Source: Isurus oxyrinchus
Taxonomy: Eukaryota
NCBI GenBank assembly: GCA_026770705.1
Contig: JANJGN010000026.1
Span: forward strand, 38,564,001-38,628,000
Length of the DNA stretch: 64,000 nucleotides
Direction of reading: 5' to 3'
Positions 38,330 to 52,419 of this stretch are shown piece after piece (position 1 is the stretch's first letter; every line of letters begins with the position of its first letter). Under the pieces are notes generated by a model that did not search any database, was not told where the DNA came from, and was given only the letters and a program-made list of their open reading frames with translations. The position numbers and the translations under genes were made by a program.

Positions 38330-40670
38330 TCAGAATCACAGAATCTTAACGGCACAGAGGGAGGCCATTTGGCCCATCTTGTCTGCACCATCTCTCCAAA
38401 TGACCATTCTGGCCGAGCGCCATTGCCTTGACTTTTCCCTGTACTCTTGCACTTTGTTTTGATTCAAATAGTCATCTCATTTGAATGCTCCGATTGAACC
38501 TGCGCCCCCCACACTTCCAGGCAATGCATTCCAGATCCGAACCACTCGTGTGAAAAGGTTTTTTATCACGTCACGTTTGCTTCTTTTGCAAATCGCTTTA
38601 AATCTGTGCCCTCTCGTTCTTGATCGTTTTAGGAGTTGGAACAGCTTCTTCCTCTCTACTCTGTCCAGCCCACACATGATTTTGAAAACTTCAATCAAAT
38701 CTCCTCTCCATGGAACACAGTCCCAACTTCTCCAATCTATCTCATAGCTGAAGTTTCTCATCCCTGGAAACATTCTTTTAAACCTCTTCAGCACTCTCTC
38801 CAATATCTTCATATCCTTCCTATAATATGGTACCAAGCTCGGCACACAGTATTCCAGTTAAGGTCTAACGAGGGCCTTATATAAATTCAGTATAACCTCC
38901 TTGCTCTTGTACTTTATGTCCCTATTAATAGAGCCCAGGAAACTATATGCTTTATTAACTGCTCTCTCCATCTGTCCTGCCACTTTCAATGGTCTGTGCA
39001 CATATACACCCAAGTCTTTCTGCTCCTGCACTACTTTCAAAACTCCACCCCTTATTTTATGTTGTCTGTCCATGTTCCTCCTCCCAAACTGCATCACCTC
39101 ACACTTCTCCACATTGAACTTCATCTGCCATCTATCTGTCAAATCCACCAACTTGTCTGTGTCCTCTTGAGGTTCCACACCGTCCTCCTGGTAATTCAGG
39201 ACACTCCCAAGCTTCGTATCATCCGCAAACTTTCAAATTGTCCACTGCACACCAAGGCCTAGATCGTTGATATCTATCAGTAAAAGCAAAGGTCCCAATA
39301 TCGACCCCTAGGGAACTCCACTACAAACCTTCCTCCAGCCCGAAAAACATCCACTGACAATTACTCCCTGCTTCCTTTTTTCTGCCAATTTTGTATCCAC
39401 GTTGCACCTGTCCCTTTTATTCCATGAGCACTAATTTTCTTCACAATTGGTTGTCAGATAAATCCTGATGTACTGTAAACGGAGACTTTGTGCAATGCAA
39501 CTGCAGCTCAGGAATTGTCACTTGCAGTATATATAGAGGCACGGGCTATGTGCATTAATAAATGAAGCATCATGTAATGTAATATAGACAGACATAGTCT
39601 AGTGCAGTAATAACTGAGAAAATGTCAATTGTAGTGTATATAGAGGCATGGTCCAGTGCATTAATAAGTTAAACTGCAGATAGCGTTATATAAACAGATA
39701 CAGTGCTGAAAGAAAGATAACATAGAAACATAGAAACCAGGAGCAGGAATATGAAATTCGGCCCTTCAAGCCTGCTCTGACATTCATTATGATCATGGCT
39801 GATCATCCAACTCAGTAGCCTGCTCCCGCTTTCTCCCCATACCTCATGATCCCTTTCATCCCAAGAGCTATAGCTAACTCCTTCTTGGAAGCATTCAATG
39901 TTTTGGTCTAAACTACTTTCTGTGGCAACGAATTCCACAGGCTCACCGCTCTCTGTATGAAGAAATTTTTCCTCATCTCAGTCCTAAATGGTCCACCCCA
40001 TATCTGCAGACTGTGACCCCTGGTAAGTAATTGGGAAAGCTGATGGAATGTTATCATTTATTGCCAGTGGAATTGAATACAAAAGTACGGAAGTTATGAT
40101 TCAGTTGTACAGGGCATCAGTGAGACCCTGTTTGGTGTATTGTGCACTGTATTGGTCACCTTATTTAAGGAAGGATGTAAATGTGTTGTAAGAGGTTCAG
40201 AGAAGGTTTATTAGACTAATACTTGGAATGGGTGGGTTGTCTGATGAGGAATGGTTGGACAGGCTAGGCTTATGTCTTCTGGGGTTTAGAAGAGTAAGAG
40301 GTGACTTGACTGAAACATAAGATCCTGAGGGGTCTTGACAGGGTGGATGTGGAGAGGATGTTCCCTCTTGTGGTAGAATCTAGAACTAGGGCTGGCTGTT
40401 TAAAATAAAGGGGTCACCCATGTAAAACGGAGAAGAGGTGAAGTTTTTTCACTCTCAGGGTCATGAGTCTTTGGGACTCTCTTCCAAAAAAGGCAGTGGA
40501 AGCAGAGCCTTTGAATATTTTTAAGGCAGAGGTGGATAGATTCTTGGTAAGCAAGGGGGTGATAGGTTATCGGCAGTAGGCAGGAAGCAGATTTCAGGTT
40601 ACTAGCAGATCAGCTATGAGGGACTGAATGGCCTACTCCTGCTCCTTGGTCATATGCTCGTGCGTTCATA
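38330..40670. mobile_element. Cluster of CR1 fragments (38330-39440 minus; 39715-40020 minus; 40020-40670 plus) nested in satellite
   Basis: RT C-terminal motifs and CR1 tails; satellite units visible at about 39470-39710. Confidence 0.85.
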
Positions 40671-43600
40671 TGGTCCAGTACAGTCATAACTGAGGCAAGG
40701 TCATCAGGTCAAGGATGGTGATAACTGAAGCATGGTTCAGTGTAATATAACGAAACACAAGGTGCAGCAAAATATAAATTAAAACATTCTAGTACTACAA
40801 TGCGAACTGGACAATGGTTAATTGCAGTGTCCACAGAAGCAAAGTCTAATGTAGTAATAACTGGCGCAAGATCTAATAATATAAACTGCAGCAGGGTCAG
40901 GTGCATTGATAACTAGGAAAGGACCAATTGCAACACAAGTAGAGATATGGAAGACTGCAGTAATAAATAAGATAGGACCCATTGTACTATTAACAGTGAC
41001 ATTCTCCAGTACAACAATAACTAAAGCAAAATGTAACCTAGCATTTACAGCTACAGATGAGGGCATGAAATAAATTAAACAGGGGATATATAGAAATTAT
41101 TAAAACAGGGCCTTGGTTGACATAAGCTGAGGCAGGGCCCAGTGCAGTGACTGCTGATGCACGGCCATGTTTATTATAGACTGAGACAGGGCCGAGTATA
41201 GTGATGACTGATACGGGGTTTAGATTGATGTAAACTGAGGCACGGTCCAGTTCAGTGATTATTGATGCAGGGCCTGGATTATTATAGACTGCTTCAGGGG
41301 CTAGTGCAATGATTACTGATGCAGGGTTTAGATTGATGTAAACTGAGACAGGGTCGATTGAAGTGATTACTTTTACAGGCCCGAGATTAATGTCAACTGA
41401 GGCAGGGTCCAATGCAGTGATTACTGATACAGGGTGTAGATTGATATGAAAACAGAAAATGCAGGAAAGACGTCATCCCATTCTTTCAGTTCCTTCACCT
41501 TCTTCTCATCTGTTCCGATGATGCCACTATCCAAAAAAATGCTTCTGACATGCCTTCCTTCTTCCTTAACCAAGGTTTCCTCCCCACGGTGGTTGACAGG
41601 GCCCTCAACCGTATCCCACCCACCTCTCACGTCTCTGCCTTCACACATTCCTCTATCTCTCCCAGAATCATGATAGGGTACTCCTTTTCCTCAACATTTC
41701 ATCCCACCATCCCCACCTTCAAAGGATCACCCTCCACCATTTCCGCTAACTCCAACATGATGCCACAACCAGAAACATCTTCCCTTCAACAACCCACCCC
41801 CACCCACCCACTCCCGTCAGCATTCCACAGGGATAGTTCCCTCCAGGACACCCTGGTCCACTGCTCCATTGCACCTAATACATCATCCACTTCCCATGGC
41901 ATATTCCCAAGCAGTCACAGACGATGCAACACCTGCCCCTTTACCTCCTCCCTCCTCACCATTCAAGGGCCCAAACATTCCTTTCAGGTATAGTACCGGT
42001 TCATTGCACCTCCTTCAATTTGGCCTCCTGCATTTGCTGCTCCCAATGCATTCTCCACTACATCAGGGAGACCATACACAGACTGGCAGACGGCTTTGTG
42101 GAACACCTTCGGTCTGTCTGGAAGCATGACCTGGACCTTCCTGTCGCTTGCAATTTCAACACAACATCCTGCTCTCATGCCCACATGTCCCTCTTTGACC
42201 GGCTGCAATGTTCCAGTGAAGACTAATGGAAACTGGAGGAACAGAACCTCATCTTCCAATTATGCACTTTACAGCCTTATCCATTTATTCACTGTTTTAT
42301 CCCTTTTTATCCCCTTTTTATTCCTTTTTATACTGTTTTTCCCCAACTAACGCCCCGTCCCCCTACCACACCCCCAAAAGGGCAATCAGTTACTTGTCGC
42401 ATGTTGTCCTTTCACAGTGTGCTGATTCTGGCTCTGCTGTTAACACATTCTGCTTTCTTACCTTTAGGACTCTATTAGCACCTACTTTAGCCTTACCACT
42501 ACCATTAACACTCCCTTTTTCTGTTTGCCTATGATATGTTTGGCACTGTCACCTTACCCCCACCTATTGCTTGCCTTCTATCCAGCCTGACCTGTTCCAC
42601 CCCACTTGAACAGCAAATGTCATCACATTATGACTTCTCTTTAGTTCTAAAGAAGAGTCACACGGTCTCAATAAGTTAACTCAGCTTCTCTCACCACAGG
42701 TGCTGTCAGACCTGCTGAGATTTTGCAGCATTTTATGCTTTTCTTTCAGATTTCCAGCATCCGCACTATTTTGCTTTTATCCAGATTGATATAAACCGGG
42801 ACAGTGCCCAGTGCAGTGCTTACTGAAAGAACAGCTAGATTGTCATAAATTGAGACAGGGTCTAGTGCAGTGTTTACTGATGCAGGGTCTAGATTAACGT
42901 AAACTGAGACAGACTCATATGCATCCATTACTGATACAGGGTCTAGTTTATACAAACTGAGGCAGCCCAGAGTGCACTGATTACTGATAGAGGATCTTGA
43001 TTAATATGAACTGAGACAGGGTCGAGTGCAGTGTTCTCTGATGCAGGGTCTTGACCAATATAATTTCAGACAATGTTCAGTGCAGTGATTACTGATGTGG
43101 GGTCCAAGTTGATATACACTGAGGCGGGCCATAGTGCAGTGCTTATTGATACAGGGTCTAGATCAATGCAAAGTGAGAGTGTCCGTTGCACTGATTATTG
43201 TACAGGGTTTAGATTACTATAAACTGAGATAGGGTCTAGTGCAGTTATCACTGATGCAGGGTCTGAATCAATATAAACTGAGAAAGTGTTCAGTGCAGTG
43301 ATTACTGATAAAGGGTCTTGATTAATAAAAACTGAGATGGGGCAAATGCAGTGATTACTGTTACAGGCTCTAGGTTGATGTAAAGTGAGGCAAGGCATAG
43401 TACAGTGAATACTGATACAGGGCCTAGACAAATATAATCTGAGACAGGCTGCAGTGCAGAGATAACTGATACAGGGTCTAGAACAATATAAACTGAGACT
43501 GGGTCTAATGCACTGATTACTGTTACAGGGTCCAGATTAATATAAACTGAAACAGGGCCAAGACCAATGATTACTGACACAGGGTCCTGATTAAGATGAA

Positions 43601-46600
43601 CTGAGACAGGGCCTTGTGCATTAATTAGTGAAACAAGGTTGGATTTAAATAAAATCAAACAGGTTCTAATGCAATCATTACTGCTGCAGGGTCTGGACCA
43701 ATATAAACCGAGACAGTGTCCAGTGCGGTGCTTACTGATACAGAGCCTAGATTGATAAAAAAATTGAGGCATTGCAGAGTGCAGAGATTACTGATACAGG
43801 ATCTAAATTGATATAAACAGAGATAGTGCATATTGCAGTGGTTACTGATATATGGTGTGGCTTATTAGAAATAAGTGCAGCGATTTTTGGTTCAGGGTGC
43901 AGTTATTGTAATCAGAACAGCGGCAAGTGCAGTGATTACTGAAACAGAGCCTTGATCAATATAAACTGAGACAGGCTCTTGTGCAGTAATTACTGATACA
44001 CGGTCTGAACGAACAAAAACTGAGACAGGGCCTGATGCAGTGTTCACTGATACAGGACCTAGATGAATATAACTGGGACAGGGGCACGGGCAGTGAATAC
44101 TGCTGCAGAGACTAAAGTAATATATACTGAGTTTCCGTATTGTGCAGTGATTACTGATATAGGGTCTTGGTTAATATGTACTGAGATGGGGCCTAGTGCA
44201 GTGATTATTGATACAGGGTCTAGATTAATAGAAAGTGAGACAGGTTCGAGTGCAGTGATTACTGATAGAGGGTCTAAATTAATATAATCTGAGACAGGGC
44301 CCAGATAAATATAAACTAAGACAGGGGCTCGTGCAGTGATTAACGATACAGGATCAGGATCAATATAAACTAAGACAGTGTCATTTGTTGTGATTACTGA
44401 TGCAAGATCTAGATCAATATCAACTGAGATAGGGTCCAGTGCAGTGATTACTGATGCAGAGTCTGGATTAATATAAAATGAGACAGAGCCTAGTGCAGAG
44501 ATTATTGATACAGGGTCTGGATTAATATAAGCTGAGACAGGGCCTAGTGCAGAGAATACTGATACAGGGTTTTGATTGGTATAAATTGAGGCAGGGCCTA
44601 GTACAGTGATTACAGATACAGGCTCTAAGTAAATATAAACTGAGACAGGGTCTCCTGCAGTGATTACAGGGGTCTAGATTGAAACAAACTGAGGCAGGGT
44701 ATAGAACAGAGATGACTGATACAGGGCCGAAATTAATCTAAATTGAGACAGGGCCTAGTGCAATGATTACTGATACGGGTCTCATTGAATATAAACTGAG
44801 ACAGGGTCTAGTGCAGACATGACTAACACAGGACCTAGGTTAATATAAACTGTGACAGGGCCCAGTGCAGTGATTACTGATACAGGATCAGGATCAATAT
44901 AAGCGGAGACAGTGCCATTTGCAGTGATTGATAGAGGGTCTTGATCAATATAATCTGAGACAGTGCCCTTTGAAGTAATTACTGATACAGGGTCTAGTTC
45001 AATGTAAACTGACACAGGACCTAGTGCAATGTTTATTGATACATGGTCTCAATCAATATAAACTCAGACAATGTTCAGTGCAGTGATTACTGATGCAGGA
45101 TCTAGATTAATATGAACTGAGACATGCTCTAGTGCAGTGACTACAGACACAGGATCTAGATTAATATAAACTGAGACAGTGTCCATTGCAGTGTTCAGTG
45201 ATACATGGTCTCAATCAATATAAACTCAGACAATGTCCAGTGCAGTGATTACTGATACAGGGCCGAGATAAATATAAACTGAGAAAGGGCCTACTGCCAT
45301 GATTACTGAAACAGAGCCTAGATTAATATAAACAGAGAGAGGCTCAAGTGCAATGATTACTGATATAGGGTTTAAGTTGATATAAAATGATGCAGGGTCT
45401 AATGCAGTGATTACTGATAAAGGCTTGAGATGAATATGACCCTGAGACAGGGCCTAGTGCCATGATTTGTGATACAGGGTTGGATTGATATAAAATGAGA
45501 CAGGGCCTAGTGCAGTGAGCACTGACACAGGCTTTAGATTAATATAACAAGAGACAGGACCATTGCAGTGATTACTGATACAGGTTTTTGGTTAATATGA
45601 ACTGAGAGAGGGCCTAGTATAGTGACTACTGATAGACGGACCACATTGATATAAACTGAGCCAGGGCATAATGCAGTGATTATTGATACAGGCTTTAGAC
45701 TAATATAAACTGAGAAACAGTCCAGTGCCGGGTTTTTCGGTTCAGGGTGCAAATTGTTATAACCAGACCAGGGTCGAGTGCAGTGATTACTGAAACAGTA
45801 TCTAAACCAACATAAACTGAGACAGAGCCTGGTGAAATCTTCACTGATACAGGGCCTATATAAATATAACTGGGACAGGAGATCTTGCAATGATTATTGC
45901 TGCAGGGGCTAAATTAATATAAACTGAGACTGGATCTAGTGCAGTTATTACTGATAGACGGACTCGGCTAATATAAAGTGAGACAGAGTCTAGCACCGAG
46001 ATAACTGATATGGGGCCAAGATCAATATAAACTGAGACAGGGTCAAGTGGAATGATTACTGATACAGGTCTAGATGAAAGTCAATTAAGACAGCGTCTAC
46101 TGCAGTGAATATTGGTTCCGGGTCTGATTAATATAAACTGAGACAGTGTCTAGTGTAGAGATTACTGATACAGGCTCTAGCTCAATATCAACTGAGGCAA
46201 TGTACAGTGCAGTGATTACTGATGTAGGTTCTAAATCAATATAAACTAAGACAGGGACTAGTGCAGTAATTACTGATAGAGTGTCTATTTCATATCAACT
46301 GAGGCAGGGCATAGTGCAGTGATAATTGATACAGTACCTAGATTGATAAAAACTGAGGCAGGGCAGAATATAATAAAAACTGATACTGATAAAGGTCTAG
46401 ATCAATGTCAACTGAGACAGTATCTAGTGCAGTGATTACTGACACAGGATCTAGATTAATATAAACTGTGATAGGCCCTAGTGCATTGATTACTGATAGA
46501 GGGTCTAGGTTGATATAAAGTGAGGCAAAGACTAGTGCAATGATTGCTCATACAGGTTCTTGATTAATAAAATTTGAATCAGGGCCAAATGCAGTGATAA

Positions 46601-48310
46601 CTGTTGCGGGGTCTGGATCAATATAAACTGAGACAGTGCCTACTGCAGTGAATATTGACACAGGGTCTAGATTAATAAAACTTGAGACGGGGCCAAGTGC
46701 AATGATTACTGTTACAGAGTCTAGGTTGATATAAACTGAGACAGGGCCAAGTGCAGTGATTAATGATATAGAGTTTAGATTAATATAAACTGATGCAGGG
46801 TCTGGTGCAGTGATTATTCTTACGGGGTCTTGGTTGTTATAAACTGAGACAGGTTCAAGTGCAGTGATTACTCATAAAGGGTCTAGATTAATATGAACTG
46901 AGACAGGTCATAGTGCAGTGATTAGTGATACAGGGCCCAGGCTAATATAAACTGAGAGAGGGTCTAATGCAGTGATTACTGATACAGGGCCTGGATTAAT
47001 ATAGACTAAGGCAGGGCCAAGTGCAGTGATTGCTGATACAGGGCCTAGATCCATATAAATTGGGACAGGTGCTATAGCAGTGATTACTCATAAGGGGTCT
47101 GGACTCATATAAACTGAGGCACTCCCTAGTTTTGTCATTACTGATACAGGGTGTGGACTAATATAAACTGGGACCGGGTCTAGTGAAGTGATTACTAATG
47201 CAGGGTCTAGATTGATATAAACTGAGGCAGGTCATTGTGCAGTGACTACTGATGCAGGGATGAGATAAATAAAAACTAGGACAGCGGCTAGTGCAGCACT
47301 TACTGATACAGGGTCCAGATCAATACAAAGTGAGACTGTCCATTGCACTGATTATTATACAGGGTCTAGATTAATATAAATGGAGGTAAGGCCAAGTGCA
47401 ATAATTACTGATACAGGGTCTGAATCAATAAAAACTGAGAAAGTGTTCAGTGCAGTGATTACTGATAAATGGTCCTGATTAGTATAAACTGAGACAGAGC
47501 CCAATGCAGTGATCACTGTTACAGGGTCTAGGTTTATATGAAGTGAGGCAGGACATAGTGCATTGAATACAGATACAGGGTCTAGACAAATATAATCAGA
47601 GACAGGCTCTAGTTCAGTGATTACTGTTACAAGGTTCAGATTAATATAAACTGAGACAGGGTCAAGTGCAGTGATTACTGATACAGGTTCCAGATTAAGA
47701 TGAACTGAGACAGGGCCTTGTGCATTTATTAGTGATACAAGGTTGGATTTATATAAAATCAGATAGGCTTTACTGATACAGGGTCTGGATCAGTATAAAC
47801 TGAGACGGTGTACGGTAAAGTGGCTAATGAAACAGGGTCTAGATTAATATAAACTGCTGCAGAGCCTAGTGCAGTCATTACTGATACAGAGCCTAGATTG
47901 ATAAAAAAAACTGAGGCAGGGCATAGTGCAGAGATTACTGACACAGTGCCGAGATTAATATAAACTAGGACAGAGGCTAATGTAGTGATTAATGATACAA
48001 GATCCAATCAATATAAACTGAGACAGTGTGCAGTGCAGTCATTACTAATGCAGGGTCCAGATGAATAGAAACTGAGACAGGTTCTAGTGCAGTGTTTCCT
48101 GATACATGGTCTTGATCAATATAAACTCAGAAAACATCCAGTGCAGTGATTACTAATACAGGGCTGAGATAAATATAAACTGAGACTGGGACTACTGCAG
48201 CGATCCCTGTTACAGGGTATAGATTAATATAAACTGAGACAGTGTCAAATGCATTGATTACTGATAGAGGATCTAGACTGATATGAATTGAGTGCAGATA
48301 TTACTGATAC
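40670..48310 (-). repeat. 54-bp (2 x 27-bp) satellite, right arm; core array 42780-48310
   Basis: Plus-strand consensus ACTGAGACAGGGTCTAGTGCAGTGATT + ACTGATACAGGGTCTAGATTAATATAA, about 100 dimers in the core. Confidence 0.95.
41450..42780 (+). mobile_element. Penelope-like element 3' portion (GIY-YIG endonuclease) inserted in satellite
   Basis: CICCSQCILHYIRETIHRLADGFVEHLRSV matches the Penelope GIY-YIG pattern; RRCNTCPF upstream. Confidence 0.85.
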
Positions 48311-48899
48311 ATGCGGATGCTGGAAATCCAAAACAAAAGCAGAATTACCTGGAAAAATTCAGCAGGTCTGGCAGCAGTGATGGAGAAGAAAAGACTTGAC
48401 GATTCACTGCTCACTATTCTAGGATCATCCTCAAATGCAAATATAACCCCAGGCTTTTTCTCTTATGCAAATCATCTTTCTTAAACCTTCTTCCACGGTC
48501 TCCTCCACCCTCAATTCCAACAATAAGAGATAGGAGCTCACAGACTTTTGTCACGAAGATCAAGATCATCCATTCAGCAACCTCCATCGCTTCCTTCCCT
48601 TCCACTAGCCCACCTGGCCAAATTTCCGCTGAAGCTGTCCCCTGCCCTAGCTCCAAACATCTTTCTCTAGTTTCTACCCTATCTCCTTAATAGCCTTTCT
48701 GAATTTATCTTGTCCATGACACTCGCTTGCTTTCTCAATACTATTTTCACCTAAATTGCTAACTATTCAACTTCATCTCTTGGTTCCCATGTAAACAGAT
48801 ATTGTCAACAGTTCTCTCTGGGTGCTGTTCCTCTCTCCTTTAAATCTACCAAAACACCACTTTCCTCAATAAGCATCGCTTAATACATAAGCTTTTCTC

Positions 48900-49620
48900 A
48901 GTAAATACTGGGAAGACTGAAGTCATTATCTTCAGTCCCTGCTACAAACTCCACTGCCTAGTCACCGACCACTGACTCCATCTCTCTCCCTGGGAGCTGT
49001 CTGAGGCTGAATCAGGCAACCATGGCAAAATATTTCACCCCAAGATGGGCTTCCATTCACATATCCGTATCATCACCAAGACCACCTATTTTCACCTCAG
49101 TAACATCGCCTGACTGTATCCCAGTTTCAGCTCATCTGCTGCTGAAACCATCATCCAATCCTTTGTCACCTCTGGACTTAACAACCCTAATGCACTCCCG
49201 GTCGTCCTTCCAGATTCAACCTCCACCATCCAAAACTCTGCTGCTCTTGTCCTTCCTTGGACCAAATCTTGTTCACCCATCACCCCTGTGATCGCTGATT
49301 GACAAAGGCTCCCAATTCAGAGGCAGCAACATTTTAAAATTCTCATCCTTGTTTTCCTCCATAGTTACGATCGTCCCTATCTCTGTAATCTCCTCCAGCC
49401 ACAGAACCCTCCAACATATCTGCACTCATCTAATTCTACCCTGTTGAGCATTCTCGATGTTAATCGCTTCACCATCGGTGGCTCAAGCTTTGGAAATTGC
49501 TCCCAAACCTCTCCAACTTGCTTTCCTCTTTTAAGATACACCTTAAATCAACCTCTTTCACCAAATTTATGTCCTAACATCTCATCATGTGGCTCGGTGT
49601 TAAATGTGGCTTTGTAAAAT
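48900..49620 (+). mobile_element. L2-type LINE 3' fragment
   Basis: SSAAETIIQSFVTSGLNNPNAL resembles the L2 motif HAFVTSRLDYSNALL. Confidence 0.65.
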
Positions 49621-50769
49621 TTCTGTGAAATGCTTTGGAATGTTTTATGATAAGGCGCCAGATAAACACAAATTGTTCCCGTTGTTTTGGACTTACATCA
49701 CCTTTCCTGCATCATCACTGGGTGAAAATCCTGTAACTCCTTACCTAACAGCACTGTGGGACCATCTTCACCACATGGACTGCAGCGGTTCAAGAAGGTC
49801 AAACATCATCTTCTCCACAAGCAACTGGTGAATGGCAATATATGTTGGTATTGGTGGAGAGCGAAACAGAGTTAACGATTCAGGGTCTGTAGAATGAATT
49901 ACAGGCAATAAAAATGGTGCAGAATTTGATGAATAATTTCAGCTCAAAAGTGAAAGAGTGAACCAGCATATGTTCCAGGGATGGTCAGCAGTGGACACAT
50001 CATTTAGGCATTGTCGGCAGAAGGAACAGTAAAATGCTAAACAGAACTAAAATACATTAATTATTGGAGGCAGAGGAAGTTAGACAATGGCAGAGAGGTG
50101 ATCAGGGAGGGCAGAGGTGAAATGGAGTAATGGATGGACATGGATTCAGATCCAAAGCAGAGGAATCAGACCAGCCCCAGAGCCATGGAACCTCTCACAA
50201 AAAGCAATGGTCAAAAATACTCACATCTGAAACAATTTCAGTTTTCAATATTAAAATCTCCTGCTGGAGCCGGCAGCTGGAAAGATATCAGAAGCACTGG
50301 AGTCAGAGAAAAATCTCCCAGTTGAGGAAATACCCGGGCAGCGGGGTGATGTCACCGCACAATTGTCGGTGTGTGATCACATCACAGACATGAACACAGA
50401 ACATCTGGGTCTGTGCAAACAGTGATCACCACACATTATGAAGGATGTGAGGAACCTTGAGAGGGTGCAGAGGAGATTTACCAGAATGATTCCAGGGATG
50501 AGGGGCTTTAGTTGCAATGTTAGGTTGGAGAAACTGGGCTTGTTATCCTTGGAGCAAAGGAGATTGAGGGGAGATTTGATAGAGGTGTACAAGTTAATAA
50601 TAGGTTTAGATAAGGTAGATAAAGAAAAGCTTTTCCCATTATTTGATTGTAAAAAATTATGGACACAGATTTACGATTTTGCGAAGAGATAAAGGGGGAA
50701 TGTGAGGAATAACTTTTTTTTACACAGTGAGTGGTAATGACCTGGAACTCAATGTTTACACTCAAAGGC

Positions 50770-51340
50770 CAATAATATCCAGGTCCTGATGAATCGGGTC
50801 TGCTCTGAATGTGATGTTTGGTTTGACTTTCCCGTCTGTAAATCCTCCCCTCCTCACCCTCTGTAAAAGGTGTTTCCAAAATCCATCCCTGTCAGTCCAG
50901 GATAGGAATTCACACCATTCTCTCCTCCTGCTCCAGGGTCAGTAAAGTTATTTAAAGATGATTTCTCATTAACAAATCCATTGCTGCATTTCCTTCATTA
51001 ACCCACATTTGTCCACTTGGGTCTGGCACCGGGAGAAAGCCCGCAGCTGCCGTTCCCTTCGGTGCAAAGGCGGGCCCGGTACTTTGTTACTGGGGGTGTT
51101 GAGGCCTCCACTGGGTGTTTGTGAAGCCTCCCCTCCCACCCACTGCCCCTAACGCTGCCTCCACTTATCCGCCTCCTTCCGCCTGAAGACGAGACAAACA
51201 AGCGTCTGTCCATGGACATTACCCGCACTACGCATGCTCCAGATCACACTTTCAGGAGGTTGATTGACAGCAGCTCCGGACCAATAGGAAGAGGGGGCGG
51301 GGCTGAGCCCGACTCCCTCTCTCATTGGCTGAAACCCTGC
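50770..51340 (-). promoter_or_regulatory. GC-rich promoter/first-exon relic of a ZNF-type gene
   Basis: CGCATGCT (NRF1-like), CCAAT boxes and a GGGGCGGGGC GC box at about 51225-51330. 50770-50870 resembles the exon start of the ZNF at 55200-55312. Confidence 0.45.
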
Positions 51341-52250
51341 ATCATTTTGAAAGCTGATTTGTCTCAAACTCCAGGAGAAAACTGGACCTTTCTGTTTGTG
51401 GCTTTAACCAGATGAAACCCTGTGGGTGTGGAGCAAACATTTCAACATTTGTTAGTGAAATGGATTCATTCAGGACAGACAGCAGGGATTATTTCAGGAA
51501 ATTACACAGTGTAGCGATTATTTCTCTTTGAACTCATCCCTCGGAGAACAGTGTGAATTAGTGGAAGAATTCACAGGTTGTTTAATGCTCCTTCCATAAC
51601 TGGAACCATTTAATTCCAGCCGATCTGTTGGTCCGGCTTCAACCGGGAGAGTTTGATGAGTTCCCACAACTCACACAATGGGAGCGGACAGCGAGACCCA
51701 CCGGACACACCTATCCTGCCTGATAGCAACCCAGAATGAACTGGAGTCAAGTTCTGTCGAAGGGTCATGAGGACTCGAAACGTCAACTCTTTTCTTCTCC
51801 GCCGATACTGCCAGACCTGCTGAGTTTTTCCAGGTAATTCTGTTTTTGTTTTTGTTTTGGAGTCATCTCCACTCAGCAGGAGTGTCCGCAGTGGTGTTTC
51901 TGACTCGGGGCAGGAACGTTAACAGTTATTTCTTACTAATAACCCCAAAACATGCAAGCGCCATCAAACTGGAATCTACTCCTTTTTACCTTCATCATTG
52001 TCCAAATGAAGTCTTAATTTTACTTTTGCAGCTTGTGAGAGCACAGAACTACAGTAGCTGTAGAAACCTCATTCTTATCTACCCTCTACCATATCTCTAC
52101 CCATTTCCTCAGATTCAAACCAATCCTGTCTTTGACCAGGATCCTAAAATTCATTGTGTTAGTTGATTACTGATTCAGGTTAAGGAGGGACGTATTTGCA
52201 TTGGAGGCAGTTCAGAGAAGGTTCGGTAGGCTAATTCCTGGAATAAAGGG

Positions 52251-52419
52251 ATAAAAACAAAAAACTGCGGATGCTGGAAATCCAAAACAAAAACAGAATT
52301 ACCTGGAAAAACTCAGCAGGCGTTCTGTCGGAGGGTCATGAGGACTCAAAACGTCAACTCTTTTCTTCTCCGCCGATGCTGCCAGACCTGCTGAGTTTTT
52401 CCAGGTAATTCTGTTTTTG
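52251..52419. mobile_element. Short Penelope-derived insert with inverted internal structure and TSD
   Basis: Inverted arms ACAGAATTACCTGGAAAAACTCAGCAGG and their complement, flanked by TCCTGG(A/T)ATAAAGGG. Confidence 0.75.

Noticed and set aside
42780-48310. CRISPR-like array
   Set aside because: There are no unique spacers and no cas genes; it is a degenerate head-to-tail tandem repeat in vertebrate DNA.
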